A DNA stretch of 64,000 bases from assembly GCA_043732185.1 (NCBI GenBank), contig JAYTHY010000066.1:1-64000 (forward strand), read 5' to 3'. The stretch comes from Fibrobacteria bacterium. GTDB taxonomy: Bacteria; Fibrobacterota; Fibrobacteria; UBA11236. A model generated the notes under the pieces. It saw only the letters and a list, made by a program, of their open reading frames with translations, was not told the DNA's origin and searched no databases. Of this stretch, positions 50,604 to 59,881 are shown piece after piece. A program made the position numbers and the translations under genes. The first letter of the stretch is position 1, and every line of letters starts with the position of its first letter.

Positions 50604-52834
50604 ACAAGGGAGTGGCAACTTTGCATCACAGATTAGTAATCCTATCGAGCCTTGCCTGTGCCGCCATTACTTTGGCCGGAACAAGTCCATATAAACCCCA
50701 TGCCTATCAGCAGAACGACTGGTTCGCTGAGTATGGGGACAATACTGCCATCTACGTGAATCCGGCTTCAATCGCCGAGAACGATCAGATCGAAGTGGCA
50801 GTGGGTTTATTCCAAACTATTTCCGGAAAAGCTGGCCAAGAATTTATCAGCGCAGTTCATCCTTTCGACTATAATCATTCTCTAGGGCTTTCCGTATTTG
50901 AAAACGGTTCCGCCATCGATGGAAGTAATTCCGTATATTTGGAAAACGCCTATTCTTTGGCCTATGCTTATCGCATGCCATGGTTTTTTCCAAATGGCAT
51001 TTCAAATAAACTAGCCTTAGGTGTTAATGCAACTTTGATTCAGTTCAATGCGTTTGGTATTAAGAAAAGTAACGGTTATGGTGCGGACGTCGGTTTGAGC
51101 TATAATCCATTCAGTACTTCCCGCTGGGGCCATTTACAATTGGGCGTTTCGTGGCAAAATGCATTGCAACCGAAGGTGGAGACTGTTGATGGGAAGTACA
51201 AAATTCCAACAAATATCAATACCTCGTTTTTCTGGAGAGGATTCAACCATAGGCTCGAGTTGGCCGGGTCAGTCAGTATTATTGATTTTGTCCATGACAA
51301 AGCGGAAGGGATAAGCGGTGGCAAGGAAATTGTACCCTCGGCGCGCGCTACATACTACCTCAGCCCGTTGCTAGGTATCAAAGTTAAGTATACGAAACTT
51401 GGCTATCCGGTTGTCGGTGCAACAGTAAATGTCAAACGCGTAAACCTTTTCCGCTACTTGCAACTTGATTTGGATATGTCCCACGACGCCTTTGGTGAGG
51501 ATCAAGGTCGGGGCTTTATTTGGAATTTTAAGGCAATAACCCGCGTAGGCCCAACCCGTGAAGAGCGCATTGGTGAAGCTCGGTATAGGCGCCTCAAGAT
51601 CGAACCTGAAGATGCTTATCGCGAAGCAATGCGATTGTATTTGGCACGAAAATTCCTTTTAGCCTCCTACGCTTTCGGCAAAGTTATAACCAAATATCCA
51701 TCTTTCCACTTAGTTGACCAAGCCGCTTTTTATAAAGGCAAGTCTTTTGAAAATCTACGCATGCACCAGGCTGCGCGCGATGTCTACGCAGATGCCCTCA
51801 AGAGGTATTCCGACTCTGATCAAAGACCTAAGTATATGTTTCAGCTCATGAACATAGACTATAAGGAAGGCAAGTTTGACGAGGCCACTCGCCGTTATCA
51901 AGAGATCACCAATTTGTATCCGGAGTCCGATGTCAAATCGGATGCGGATTATGTAATGGGTCAAATGCGCTATATCCAAAAAGATTATCACGGAGCGATT
52001 TCGCTTTTGTCACCTATTTTACCCGGGAATTCCAATTTCATTTACGCCCGTTTCACTCTTGGCATGTCCTACGTCAATATCAAGAAGCCAAAAGAGGCGG
52101 AAGCCGCTTTTCAAGACATAATGGAAAGCAAACCTTCCAATTCATCTGAACAGGAAATGAAAGAAGTGACTGCGGTAAAACTCGGTCATCTTAATTTTGG
52201 AAAAGAGCCGCCGCAGCTTGTAAAAGCTGCTGAATTTTATGGTTCCGTTTCCCCCTCAAGTTCAAAATATGATGAAGCTTTGCTCGGCCTAGCCTGGTCC
52301 TTCATCAAGGTGCAACGATTTAAGGAAGCGCAGGGATATGCAGTAGATATCATTTCAAAAACACCGAACAGCATGTTGGTGCCAGAAGCCCATCTTCTGC
52401 TTGGGTACTGTGCTTATTTCGATAAAGATTATGATAAGTCCATCAAGGAGTTTGATGTCGCGGTCCAGTTGGCTGAAAAGAAAGCCATTGCCGCATCTGA
52501 TATTCAGGCCAAGAAAGCGGAAAATATGGCGAACAGCGGGGACTTCCTAACTGTTCAGCGCGAAGCACTCTTGCTGTCCAACCAATTGCCAACTCCACGT
52601 GTACTTGAAAAGCGTGATGAGCTTCGACCAAAATTTGAAGAGATCCATAAGAAAATCGAGTCGTATCTTGAGTTCTTGCGTGAGGTCGAACAAATTGAAA
52701 AGTTCCTCGCTAACAAGGATCGCATTATTAAGGATGCCAAGTTTACTAAGGCGACGGTTATCAATATCAAGGGTAACTCGAGTGAAAAGCGTGGGCCTTC
52801 CCAGCAAGAACTTGAAAACCTGGACGTGAAGTAG
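50600..52834 (+). CDS. Outer-membrane barrel (PorV/FadL-like N-terminus) fused to TPR array (GltC-like)
   Basis: AIYVNPASIA motif and beta-strand pattern in the first ~315 aa, then TPRs (YDEALLGLAWS, PEAHLLLGYC). Confidence 0.7.
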   Translation: MNKGVATLHHRLVILSSLACAAITLAGTSPYKPHAYQQNDWFAEYGDNTAIYVNPASIAENDQIEVAVGLFQTISGKAGQEFISAVHPFDYNHSLGLSVFENGSAIDGSNSVYLENAYSLAYAYRMPWFFPNGISNKLALGVNATLIQFNAFGIKKSNGYGADVGLSYNPFSTSRWGHLQLGVSWQNALQPKVETVDGKYKIPTNINTSFFWRGFNHRLELAGSVSIIDFVHDKAEGISGGKEIVPSARATYYLSPLLGIKVKYTKLGYPVVGATVNVKRVNLFRYLQLDLDMSHDAFGEDQGRGFIWNFKAITRVGPTREERIGEARYRRLKIEPEDAYREAMRLYLARKFLLASYAFGKVITKYPSFHLVDQAAFYKGKSFENLRMHQAARDVYADALKRYSDSDQRPKYMFQLMNIDYKEGKFDEATRRYQEITNLYPESDVKSDADYVMGQMRYIQKDYHGAISLLSPILPGNSNFIYARFTLGMSYVNIKKPKEAEAAFQDIMESKPSNSSEQEMKEVTAVKLGHLNFGKEPPQLVKAAEFYGSVSPSSSKYDEALLGLAWSFIKVQRFKEAQGYAVDIISKTPNSMLVPEAHLLLGYCAYFDKDYDKSIKEFDVAVQLAEKKAIAASDIQAKKAENMANSGDFLTVQREALLLSNQLPTPRVLEKRDELRPKFEEIHKKIESYLEFLREVEQIEKFLANKDRIIKDAKFTKATVINIKGNSSEKRGPSQQELENLDVK

Positions 52835-52862
52835 AAGCCATTCTGGCATTCAAGAGCTAAAC

Positions 52863-55800
52863 ATGGAGACCTTCGTGCTAAAATCGAAAACTGTCCTGAA
52901 AATCGCTTTGGCTGGCACATTCGCCTTATTGGCCGCTTCGCAAATTTTTGCCGATGGCAAGTTGAATGAGCTTAAAAAACGAAAAATGGACCTCGATCAG
53001 GCTGCAGCTAAGTGCGATGCTATGTCTGACGAAGCGAATCGAGCAGAGTGCAATGTTAAGCGTCAAAAAAAGGTGGAAGAGTACCGTCAGGATCTCAGTC
53101 GGTATAAGACCGACTTGGCAATGGAACAATCTAAGGCGTCACAAAAACAGGTAAAGGATAATCCAGAAGATTTCGGAAGTAAAATTTCAAATCGGCAACA
53201 GAGTATTAAAGAGTTTCAGGATTATGTAAATAGCTGTACTGAAAAAACGGACCGATGTGCCTCAGCGCTTTTCCAGGTGGCCAATCTAACCTATCAAAAT
53301 GAAGAAGATTCCTTTCTACTTATACAATCAAAATTCGAAAAGGACATTGCTTACTGGGAGGACCATGATAAACGTGGTTCTGAACCGATAGCACCTCACC
53401 GGGATCATAAAAAATCGATCGGCTATTTTGAAAAATTCCTAAAGGAATATCCAAATCATCGTCAGGTTCCTGAAGCATTGGTTCGCACCGCTTTTATAGC
53501 GGATATGCTTGGTAATGAAGATCGCGCGTACGAATACCTTAATTTGCTAGTAACACGGTATCCTGATCATCCCTTAAATATTCAAGCAAGGCTCCGATTG
53601 GGTGAGTATTGGTTGCTGAAGCGTAAATATGCAAAGGCAATTGAACAGTATGAAAAAGTACCGATGGATTATCCTGGCAACGAAAGCGGATTGGCACTTT
53701 ATCATCGCGCTGAGGCGTACTATAATCTTGCTGATTTTGAAAATGCTGCAAAATGGTATTTTGAATACGTCAGCCGTGCTGATGCCGGTAAACTAAAAGG
53801 TGACCTTCGCGATGAGGCTATGTCCTTCATGGGGGCAAGTTGGGCCGATATGGATAATGGTTTTGAAGTCGCGGAAAAATTTCTCAGCTCAAAAGGCCAC
53901 CCCAGCTGGGAAAAGGATGTCTATTTTGAAATTGGCATGAAGAATAAGGGTCATGATCGATTGGATGAAGCTGTTAAAGCCTTCAAGTTTTTACTGGAAC
54001 GGGATCCAACGTATCCAAAGGCACCTATAGCTGATTTGAATATTGTTGAAATCCTGGTTCTTCAAAAAAAGGCTGAGCAAGCGCAGGAAGCGCGAATGGA
54101 GTTAGTCAAACGTTACGAGAATGGTTCCGATTGGTCACGAAAAAATTCAGGCAATTCCGCTGCAAAAGCAGAAGCTCAGGCTGCCATTAAGCAAGCCATG
54201 TATCACATTCCGGTCTACTACCATCAAAAAGGTGATGAGGGAAAAGGCGATCCAGACATGCTCAGAAAGGCGGAGGAACAATATCGAAATTACCTCAGCA
54301 GGTACAGTAATGAAAACTCATGGGACGTATACCAGGTTCATCAAAATATTGCGGTATTGTATAACAAGCTTAAAGAATTCAAAAAGTCATCCATAGAATG
54401 GCAATGGTGTGCTTCCGCTAATACAGATCGGTTTGGAAAATTGCCTTCTGATAAAAAGGATATAGTTACCAAGGCCGATGCCGCATATAACGCGGTACTA
54501 ATGATGGACGAGTATCGTAAAGAAGCCATAAAAGGATTTAAAGATGACAAGGTGGCTGCTTTTAATACCCAGGAAACGCGCGATTATTTTTCTGCAGTTA
54601 ACAATTATATGACCGCCTTCGGAAACTCTAATTCAGCACCGGAACTAGCATACAATGCTGCTTTTATCGAATACGAAGCCAAACAGTATACGGTGGCAAT
54701 TAAGAGCTTAAATCAGTTGGTAGAAAAGTTTCCAAAACATGAGCATACAATATTGATTCGCCGTGCCTTGGCGCAAAGTCTGCTAGAAAATGGACAATAT
54801 GATTTGGCTGAAAAACAGTTCACTGTCCTAAAATCAAATATCTGTCCATCTGGAAAAGAATGTGCGGAAATCAAAAAGGCTCTTGCATCAACGGTATTCA
54901 AACAGGCCGATAGCAAGGCGAAGGCCGGGGACCATGGTGGTTCTGCTACAAAATATTTACAGCTAGCTAAGGATTTCCGTGATGTGGACATCGCTGACAA
55001 AGCACTTTTTGAGGCTGGAGTCAATTATGATTCCGCTGGCAATACAGATGAGGCCGTTCGTACCTTACTCCGTATTCATGCTGAGTATCCAAAGTCTGAA
55101 CTTCGCATCAAATCCATTCTGAGGGCTGCTTCTATATATATGGCCAAGTCCAAGTTCCGTCAAGCCGCGGAAACGTTTTTGCTCATTCAGAGAAACTATC
55201 CTGACGATTCACTCGGTATCCAATCTATTGCTTGGGCTGCCGATGCATACGAAAAGGTACCGGATGCCCACCATGCGGGACAAACCTATGAATCCGCTTT
55301 TCGATTATATCCGGTTAACGTGAAAACTCCAGTTTATCTTTATAATGCCGGTCAATTATATGAAAACGGAAAAGAATATGGCGACGCGATTGCGGTTTAT
55401 AAACTTATTGGGGATAAATTTTCAAAAAGTTCGTACGCCATAGAGGCTGTGTTTTCCGTGGCACTCCTTTATGAGAAGAAAGGCGATTTTGCAAAATCTG
55501 CGGATGCTTACGAAGATTTTATTAAAGCATTTGAGGGTGATAAGAACAAAGTTATACGGGCACACTTAGGGGCCGGTACAAATTATGAATCTCTTGATAA
55601 AGAAGATAAGGCCATTGAACATTACATTAAGACCATTGCTATTCAGAAAAAAGACGGAGAAGTGGCTGCAATTTCGCCTTCGATTGCAGCTGAGGCCGCA
55701 TATCGTGCGGGTGATATTTATTATCGCAGAATTAAAAAAACCCGGCTGGATGGTACTAAAGCCCAAAATGGCAAGCGCGCAACGGAAATGAACAAGAATC

Positions 55801-56420
55801 TTTTGCCAGCCATTCAATATTTTGCCAAAGCAGTGGAAATGTCCGAAGAGGAGTGGACCTTGCGTTCGACGATGCGCATGGGCGACTTGTTCTTCGCTAT
55901 TGCATCTATTTCCGACAATGAGCGCACTGCTGGATTGTCCGCCGATGACCGGGTTCGCGCTACATTGGAAAGCAAAGCTGGAATACCAGGTTATCTTGAA
56001 AAGGCTGTGGAGCTTTATAAGAAAAATTTAGAAATCGCCAATAACCAGGGGATTGAAAGCCCATGGATTGATAGCTCTGGTATCCGTTTGATGGAAGCGT
56101 ACGGCTTTAAAGGTGGTGCCCTTGAAGAGGTGAGCGCACTTTTTCTTAAGGTGCCATTACCAAAATCTGCTACTCAGGTAGATCGTGATCAATTCAAGCA
56201 AGCGTCCGATGAAAGCAAGGAAAAGGCTATTAATAATTACAAGGAAGCACTTCTCGCCTCTCAAAATTATTATCTAGATAATCAGCCCCGAAAAAAAATT
56301 GTGACTCGCCTTCGGGAACTACAACCGGATGCTCCCGAATTAAACATCCAGGTTAGCCCACGCCCAAAGGCTGCGACTCCCGTTACACAAGGTGCCGCCA
56401 ACGGTCAAACTAAGGAATAA
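52863..56420 (+). CDS. Large exported TPR protein (GltD/AgmU-like)
   Basis: Signal peptide, coiled coil, many TPR units with YP turns over 1185 aa. Confidence 0.8.
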   Translation: METFVLKSKTVLKIALAGTFALLAASQIFADGKLNELKKRKMDLDQAAAKCDAMSDEANRAECNVKRQKKVEEYRQDLSRYKTDLAMEQSKASQKQVKDNPEDFGSKISNRQQSIKEFQDYVNSCTEKTDRCASALFQVANLTYQNEEDSFLLIQSKFEKDIAYWEDHDKRGSEPIAPHRDHKKSIGYFEKFLKEYPNHRQVPEALVRTAFIADMLGNEDRAYEYLNLLVTRYPDHPLNIQARLRLGEYWLLKRKYAKAIEQYEKVPMDYPGNESGLALYHRAEAYYNLADFENAAKWYFEYVSRADAGKLKGDLRDEAMSFMGASWADMDNGFEVAEKFLSSKGHPSWEKDVYFEIGMKNKGHDRLDEAVKAFKFLLERDPTYPKAPIADLNIVEILVLQKKAEQAQEARMELVKRYENGSDWSRKNSGNSAAKAEAQAAIKQAMYHIPVYYHQKGDEGKGDPDMLRKAEEQYRNYLSRYSNENSWDVYQVHQNIAVLYNKLKEFKKSSIEWQWCASANTDRFGKLPSDKKDIVTKADAAYNAVLMMDEYRKEAIKGFKDDKVAAFNTQETRDYFSAVNNYMTAFGNSNSAPELAYNAAFIEYEAKQYTVAIKSLNQLVEKFPKHEHTILIRRALAQSLLENGQYDLAEKQFTVLKSNICPSGKECAEIKKALASTVFKQADSKAKAGDHGGSATKYLQLAKDFRDVDIADKALFEAGVNYDSAGNTDEAVRTLLRIHAEYPKSELRIKSILRAASIYMAKSKFRQAAETFLLIQRNYPDDSLGIQSIAWAADAYEKVPDAHHAGQTYESAFRLYPVNVKTPVYLYNAGQLYENGKEYGDAIAVYKLIGDKFSKSSYAIEAVFSVALLYEKKGDFAKSADAYEDFIKAFEGDKNKVIRAHLGAGTNYESLDKEDKAIEHYIKTIAIQKKDGEVAAISPSIAAEAAYRAGDIYYRRIKKTRLDGTKAQNGKRATEMNKNLLPAIQYFAKAVEMSEEEWTLRSTMRMGDLFFAIASISDNERTAGLSADDRVRATLESKAGIPGYLEKAVELYKKNLEIANNQGIESPWIDSSGIRLMEAYGFKGGALEEVSALFLKVPLPKSATQVDRDQFKQASDESKEKAINNYKEALLASQNYYLDNQPRKKIVTRLRELQPDAPELNIQVSPRPKAATPVTQGAANGQTKE

Positions 56421-56825
56421 CGACTATTCTGAACTTTGTTCGAAACTTCTTTATAACGGGAATTCTGCCATTCTTCTTAAAACCGGGACGCCGGCCAATC
56501 CTTTCACAATGGCCCTCTGTCCAAGGTTTCTTTTAGGACGATTGTCTTGGATAGTGCATGGCTCTGGCAGGGTTTGGATTGCAATTCCCTTAAACCTTCG
56601 TACTCAAGCCTGGAAAATGTTCCGAAACAAGCCATAAATATCCTTAAAAATACTGGATAAATGCGCTGCGGAAAATTATTTCTTGAGGTATCTTTCTTCA
56701 GGACGCAAAAGGCTAAATTGAGGTCTTTTGAATCAGTTCAAACAGTAGTGACAGCTAATGCTGCTATGCTGGATGGCTGAGTACTGGCTGAAACCCATTC
56801 ACGAATTTAAGAGAGAGGATATAAG

Positions 56826-57437
56826 ATGGAACTGATTTTGAAAGGCTTTCAAGGCGAGGGCAAATTTTACATGTCGTTGATTATGATCCTGGGGATTATT
56901 TCCTTAGCTATCATCGCTGAGCGCTTCTATTACATCTACGTTAAATCCTCTGCGGGTCGGGCTAATTTCATGCGCAATATTGCGCAGTTGTTGCAAGGTG
57001 GACGTATTGCTGAAGCTGGACATTTGGCTGCCAGTCAGAATTTTCCGTTGGCGAAAATCATCTCCGCTGTTTTGCAGAATAAAGCAAAAGGTCAGTCTGC
57101 AATTGAAAAAGCCGTAGACGAAGTCTACTTGACTGAAGCACCGCGTATTAACCGCTATTTAAACCTGTTGCCAGCGTTTGCGAATATTGCGATGCTATGC
57201 GGCCTTCTCGGCACCATCTTTGGTCTGATTATGGCCTTTGACGCCGTGGCCAATTTGCCTGCTGCGCAACGTCCTGCCGCTTTGGCCAATGGTATTTCCA
57301 TCGTTATGGTGAATACCTGGTCTGGTCTCGCCACCGCAATTCCTATTCTACTATTCCACGGTTTGCTGGCTATGCAGTCCGAACGTTTACAGGAAGAGAT
57401 GGAAGAAAAGGCTGTAAAGGTGATGAACCTCCTCTAA
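56826..57437 (+). CDS. MotA/TolQ/ExbB proton channel protein (AglR-like)
   Basis: Three TMs, IAERF, GLLGTIFGLI, LANGIS...NT..GL..AIP. Confidence 0.92.
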   Translation: MELILKGFQGEGKFYMSLIMILGIISLAIIAERFYYIYVKSSAGRANFMRNIAQLLQGGRIAEAGHLAASQNFPLAKIISAVLQNKAKGQSAIEKAVDEVYLTEAPRINRYLNLLPAFANIAMLCGLLGTIFGLIMAFDAVANLPAAQRPAALANGISIVMVNTWSGLATAIPILLFHGLLAMQSERLQEEMEEKAVKVMNLL

Positions 57438-57493
57438 GATTTGGTTTGATGGGAGCAGAAATGTTCCCGTCTCCATATCAGGAAGGCTAGGCA

Positions 57494-58306
57494 ATGAAAA
57501 AAGCAAAAACAAAAAAACACAAGAACAAAGAGCTGGACCTTATTCCGGTCATGAACCTCTTTTCTATTCTCGTGGTTACGGTTATATCCATGGCCCAATT
57601 CGAGAAGCTCGGTGTTCTCGAGCTTTGGTTGCCGGAGCGTGGACCAGCCAACGCAGAACAGCAAAAGGTTGATATTGATGAAGGCCTGCTTAATCTTACC
57701 GTAGTCATAACCAACACTGGCGTAACTATTGGTGCAGCCGGTGGTTTTCAGCCGACCATATACTATCAAGAAGAAGTTGAGTATCGTAGTCGCTCGGATC
57801 AGCACGTATTCCGCAAGGTTTGGGTGCCTGGCGAGGTGGTTAAGTCTCCAACAGATGGAAAGCTGATGTCACCGTATGAACGGGAAACTATCATGCTGAA
57901 TTCGGTTGTGAAAAAGGACTCGGCGGATCCCGGTACGTATCAATATGCCGCCATCGATGTTGAAGGCAATGCGATGATGGATACTGCTGGTCATTGGTAC
58001 CCAACAATTCCTCCAACCGGTGCTTTGTACCGTGTTGTGGGCGATCAGACGGTTAAGAAAATGGATCCACGTTCGGCGTCATTCTGCAAGGTCGAAAAGC
58101 TTTCTGCCTATCAGGAAGTTGCCAAAACCTTGGAGTCGATTCACATGCTTTACAGTCAGCGGGATCCCCTTCCCTCTGATGTGGATGATGTTGTCATCCT
58201 CGCGGATGAAAGCGTCATTTACGACAAGATCATTCAGATGATGGATGCATGTAAAGCTGCCGGTTTTGACCGTGTCGCTCTTTCCTTAATTGGAGGTGCT
58301 GTCTAA
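57494..58306 (+). CDS. ExbD/TolR family protein with large periplasmic insertion
   Basis: Basic N-terminus, ELDLIPVMNLFSILV TM, C-terminal VVILADESVIYDKIIQMMD...AGFDRVAL. Confidence 0.85.
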   Translation: MKKAKTKKHKNKELDLIPVMNLFSILVVTVISMAQFEKLGVLELWLPERGPANAEQQKVDIDEGLLNLTVVITNTGVTIGAAGGFQPTIYYQEEVEYRSRSDQHVFRKVWVPGEVVKSPTDGKLMSPYERETIMLNSVVKKDSADPGTYQYAAIDVEGNAMMDTAGHWYPTIPPTGALYRVVGDQTVKKMDPRSASFCKVEKLSAYQEVAKTLESIHMLYSQRDPLPSDVDDVVILADESVIYDKIIQMMDACKAAGFDRVALSLIGGAV

Positions 58307-58794
58307 TGGCCCGTCGTAAAATTAAAAGACAACATGAAGCCGGTCTTATCATTACTTCGCTCATTGACGTTTTTGTAATCGTATTAGTGTTTTTGATGCG
58401 CACAGTGTCCTCTGAGGGCAATTTGATGACTTCGGCGGACAACCTTGTGTTGCCAATGTCACAGCGCTCCAAATCGCCTACGGAAGTTTCACTTGCCATA
58501 ATTGGTGATGAAAAAAACATTACCGTTGATGATAAGGTGTTGATCAATACTGCGGAAGTTCGTAAGCAGGATAGCCTGGTCGTTAAGCCCGTGCTTGACG
58601 TATTGCTTAAAAAGCGTGACGAAGAACGTAAGGCGGAAGTGCTTGGCATTATCAAGGAGGCTACCGGAAAAGTGGTTGTCCAGTTTGACAAGAATACGCC
58701 ATACGATATCATCACAAAAATCATGGCGACGTGTGGCTATGCAGGTTATACCAACATTAAGTTCGCAGTCACCAAGAAAAATGAGGAGGGCTAG
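58306..58794 (+). CDS. ExbD/TolR family protein (AglS-like)
   Basis: ITSLIDVFVIVLVFL TM; QFDKNTPYDIITKIMATCGYAGYTNIKFAV. Confidence 0.9.
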   Translation: MARRKIKRQHEAGLIITSLIDVFVIVLVFLMRTVSSEGNLMTSADNLVLPMSQRSKSPTEVSLAIIGDEKNITVDDKVLINTAEVRKQDSLVVKPVLDVLLKKRDEERKAEVLGIIKEATGKVVVQFDKNTPYDIITKIMATCGYAGYTNIKFAVTKKNEEG

Positions 58795-59754
58795 ATGGCG
58801 CAAGACACGATGTCTCCGCAAATGGGTGGAGGTAGCGATCCCATTCTCGCAAAGATGGAAGTGGAATCAGATAAACGTCTTGCCAAGTTCTTAGGTGTTT
58901 TCGCCATTATCGGAGCAGGCGTAATTGGATATGCCTTGACTGTTGAAGTGGCAATACCGATGGCCCTTTATTCTTCGACCAAAGATGATACATCAAAAGT
59001 TGTTATGAAATTGGCTGAAGTCGAGAAAAAGGAAGAAGATAAGAAGAAAAAGAATGCTCCTCCTAAGCCTCGGAAAAAGTCCGGTGGCGGGGGCAAGCCA
59101 CGTGGAAAGGGCGATCCTAAGGCGCCTATCACGCAAGCCGCTTTAAAGCTTATCACTTCACGGACATCTTCCTCTTCCTTGTCCAGTTACGATCTTCTGA
59201 ATCAGAAGTTCGCAAAGGATTTGGACAAGGTCATGAACAATGTTGCTGGTCTCACAAAAACTGGGCAGACCCGGTTGGGTGGTCGTCGAGGTAAAACAGA
59301 TGGCGCCTGGAATGAAGGCTATGCAGTTGGTGGTTCGGGTGGGGTAGATGATTTATTAGGTGGTTTGTGGGGTGGAGACGCAGGTCCTCTTGGTGTTAAA
59401 GCCAAGGGTGGTTTGGGTCTAAAGGCCCCCTCTGCATCGGATATTGACATGGGTCAGGAAAGTGGACAACGTTCAACGGAGTCCATTCTCCGCGTGATCC
59501 GTCAGCATACTCCTGGCCTGCGCCATACTTATAATAAATACCTTAAAACCAACCCTGGATTTAAGGGTAAGGTTACCCTCAAGTTTTCCATTGCCCCAAG
59601 TGGTGGCATTGTTGAACTGACTATTGTGGGCACCACAACCGGCATTGCAGAATTTGATCAAGAAGTACGCGACAAGGTCAAAGAATGGCGATTCGAGCCC
59701 ATTAAGGGTAAAGCCAATGACGTGGTGACGGTTCCGTTTACTTTCTCTGAATAG
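58795..59754 (+). CDS. TonB-family protein with AgmX/PglI-type C-terminal domain (GltG/GltJ-like)
   Basis: Single TM, Lys/Gly-rich linker, ILRVIRQHTPGLRHTYNKYLKTNPGFKGKVTLKFSIAPSG...WRF...VTVPFTF. Confidence 0.88.
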   Translation: MAQDTMSPQMGGGSDPILAKMEVESDKRLAKFLGVFAIIGAGVIGYALTVEVAIPMALYSSTKDDTSKVVMKLAEVEKKEEDKKKKNAPPKPRKKSGGGGKPRGKGDPKAPITQAALKLITSRTSSSSLSSYDLLNQKFAKDLDKVMNNVAGLTKTGQTRLGGRRGKTDGAWNEGYAVGGSGGVDDLLGGLWGGDAGPLGVKAKGGLGLKAPSASDIDMGQESGQRSTESILRVIRQHTPGLRHTYNKYLKTNPGFKGKVTLKFSIAPSGGIVELTIVGTTTGIAEFDQEVRDKVKEWRFEPIKGKANDVVTVPFTFSE

Positions 59755-59776
59755 AACGGATTTCAAGTATTTTTTT

Positions 59777-59812
59777 AACCCATGCTCTTCCCAGAGCATG
59801 GGTTTTTCTTTT
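59777..59812 (+). terminator. Intrinsic terminator
   Basis: AACCCATGCTCT-TCCC-AGAGCATGGGTT followed by TTTCTTTT. Confidence 0.88.
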
Positions 59813-59815
59813 GGT

Positions 59816-59858
59816 ATTGCACTATAAATTGCACTCAGGCCTATAATTATGTTAAATT
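59816..59858 (+). promoter_or_regulatory. Candidate promoter region with tandem ATTGCACT repeats
   Basis: ATTGCACT at 59816 and 59828; TATAAT at 59842-59847; TGn-TAAATT at 59850-59858. Confidence 0.45.
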
Positions 59859-59881
59859 TTGCGGAAACAGGAGAATGACGC

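Noticed and set aside
49740..50618. 292-aa Ile-rich minus-strand ORF
   Set aside because: Mirror of the Asp-rich TSP3/OmpA codons (GAT read as ATC).
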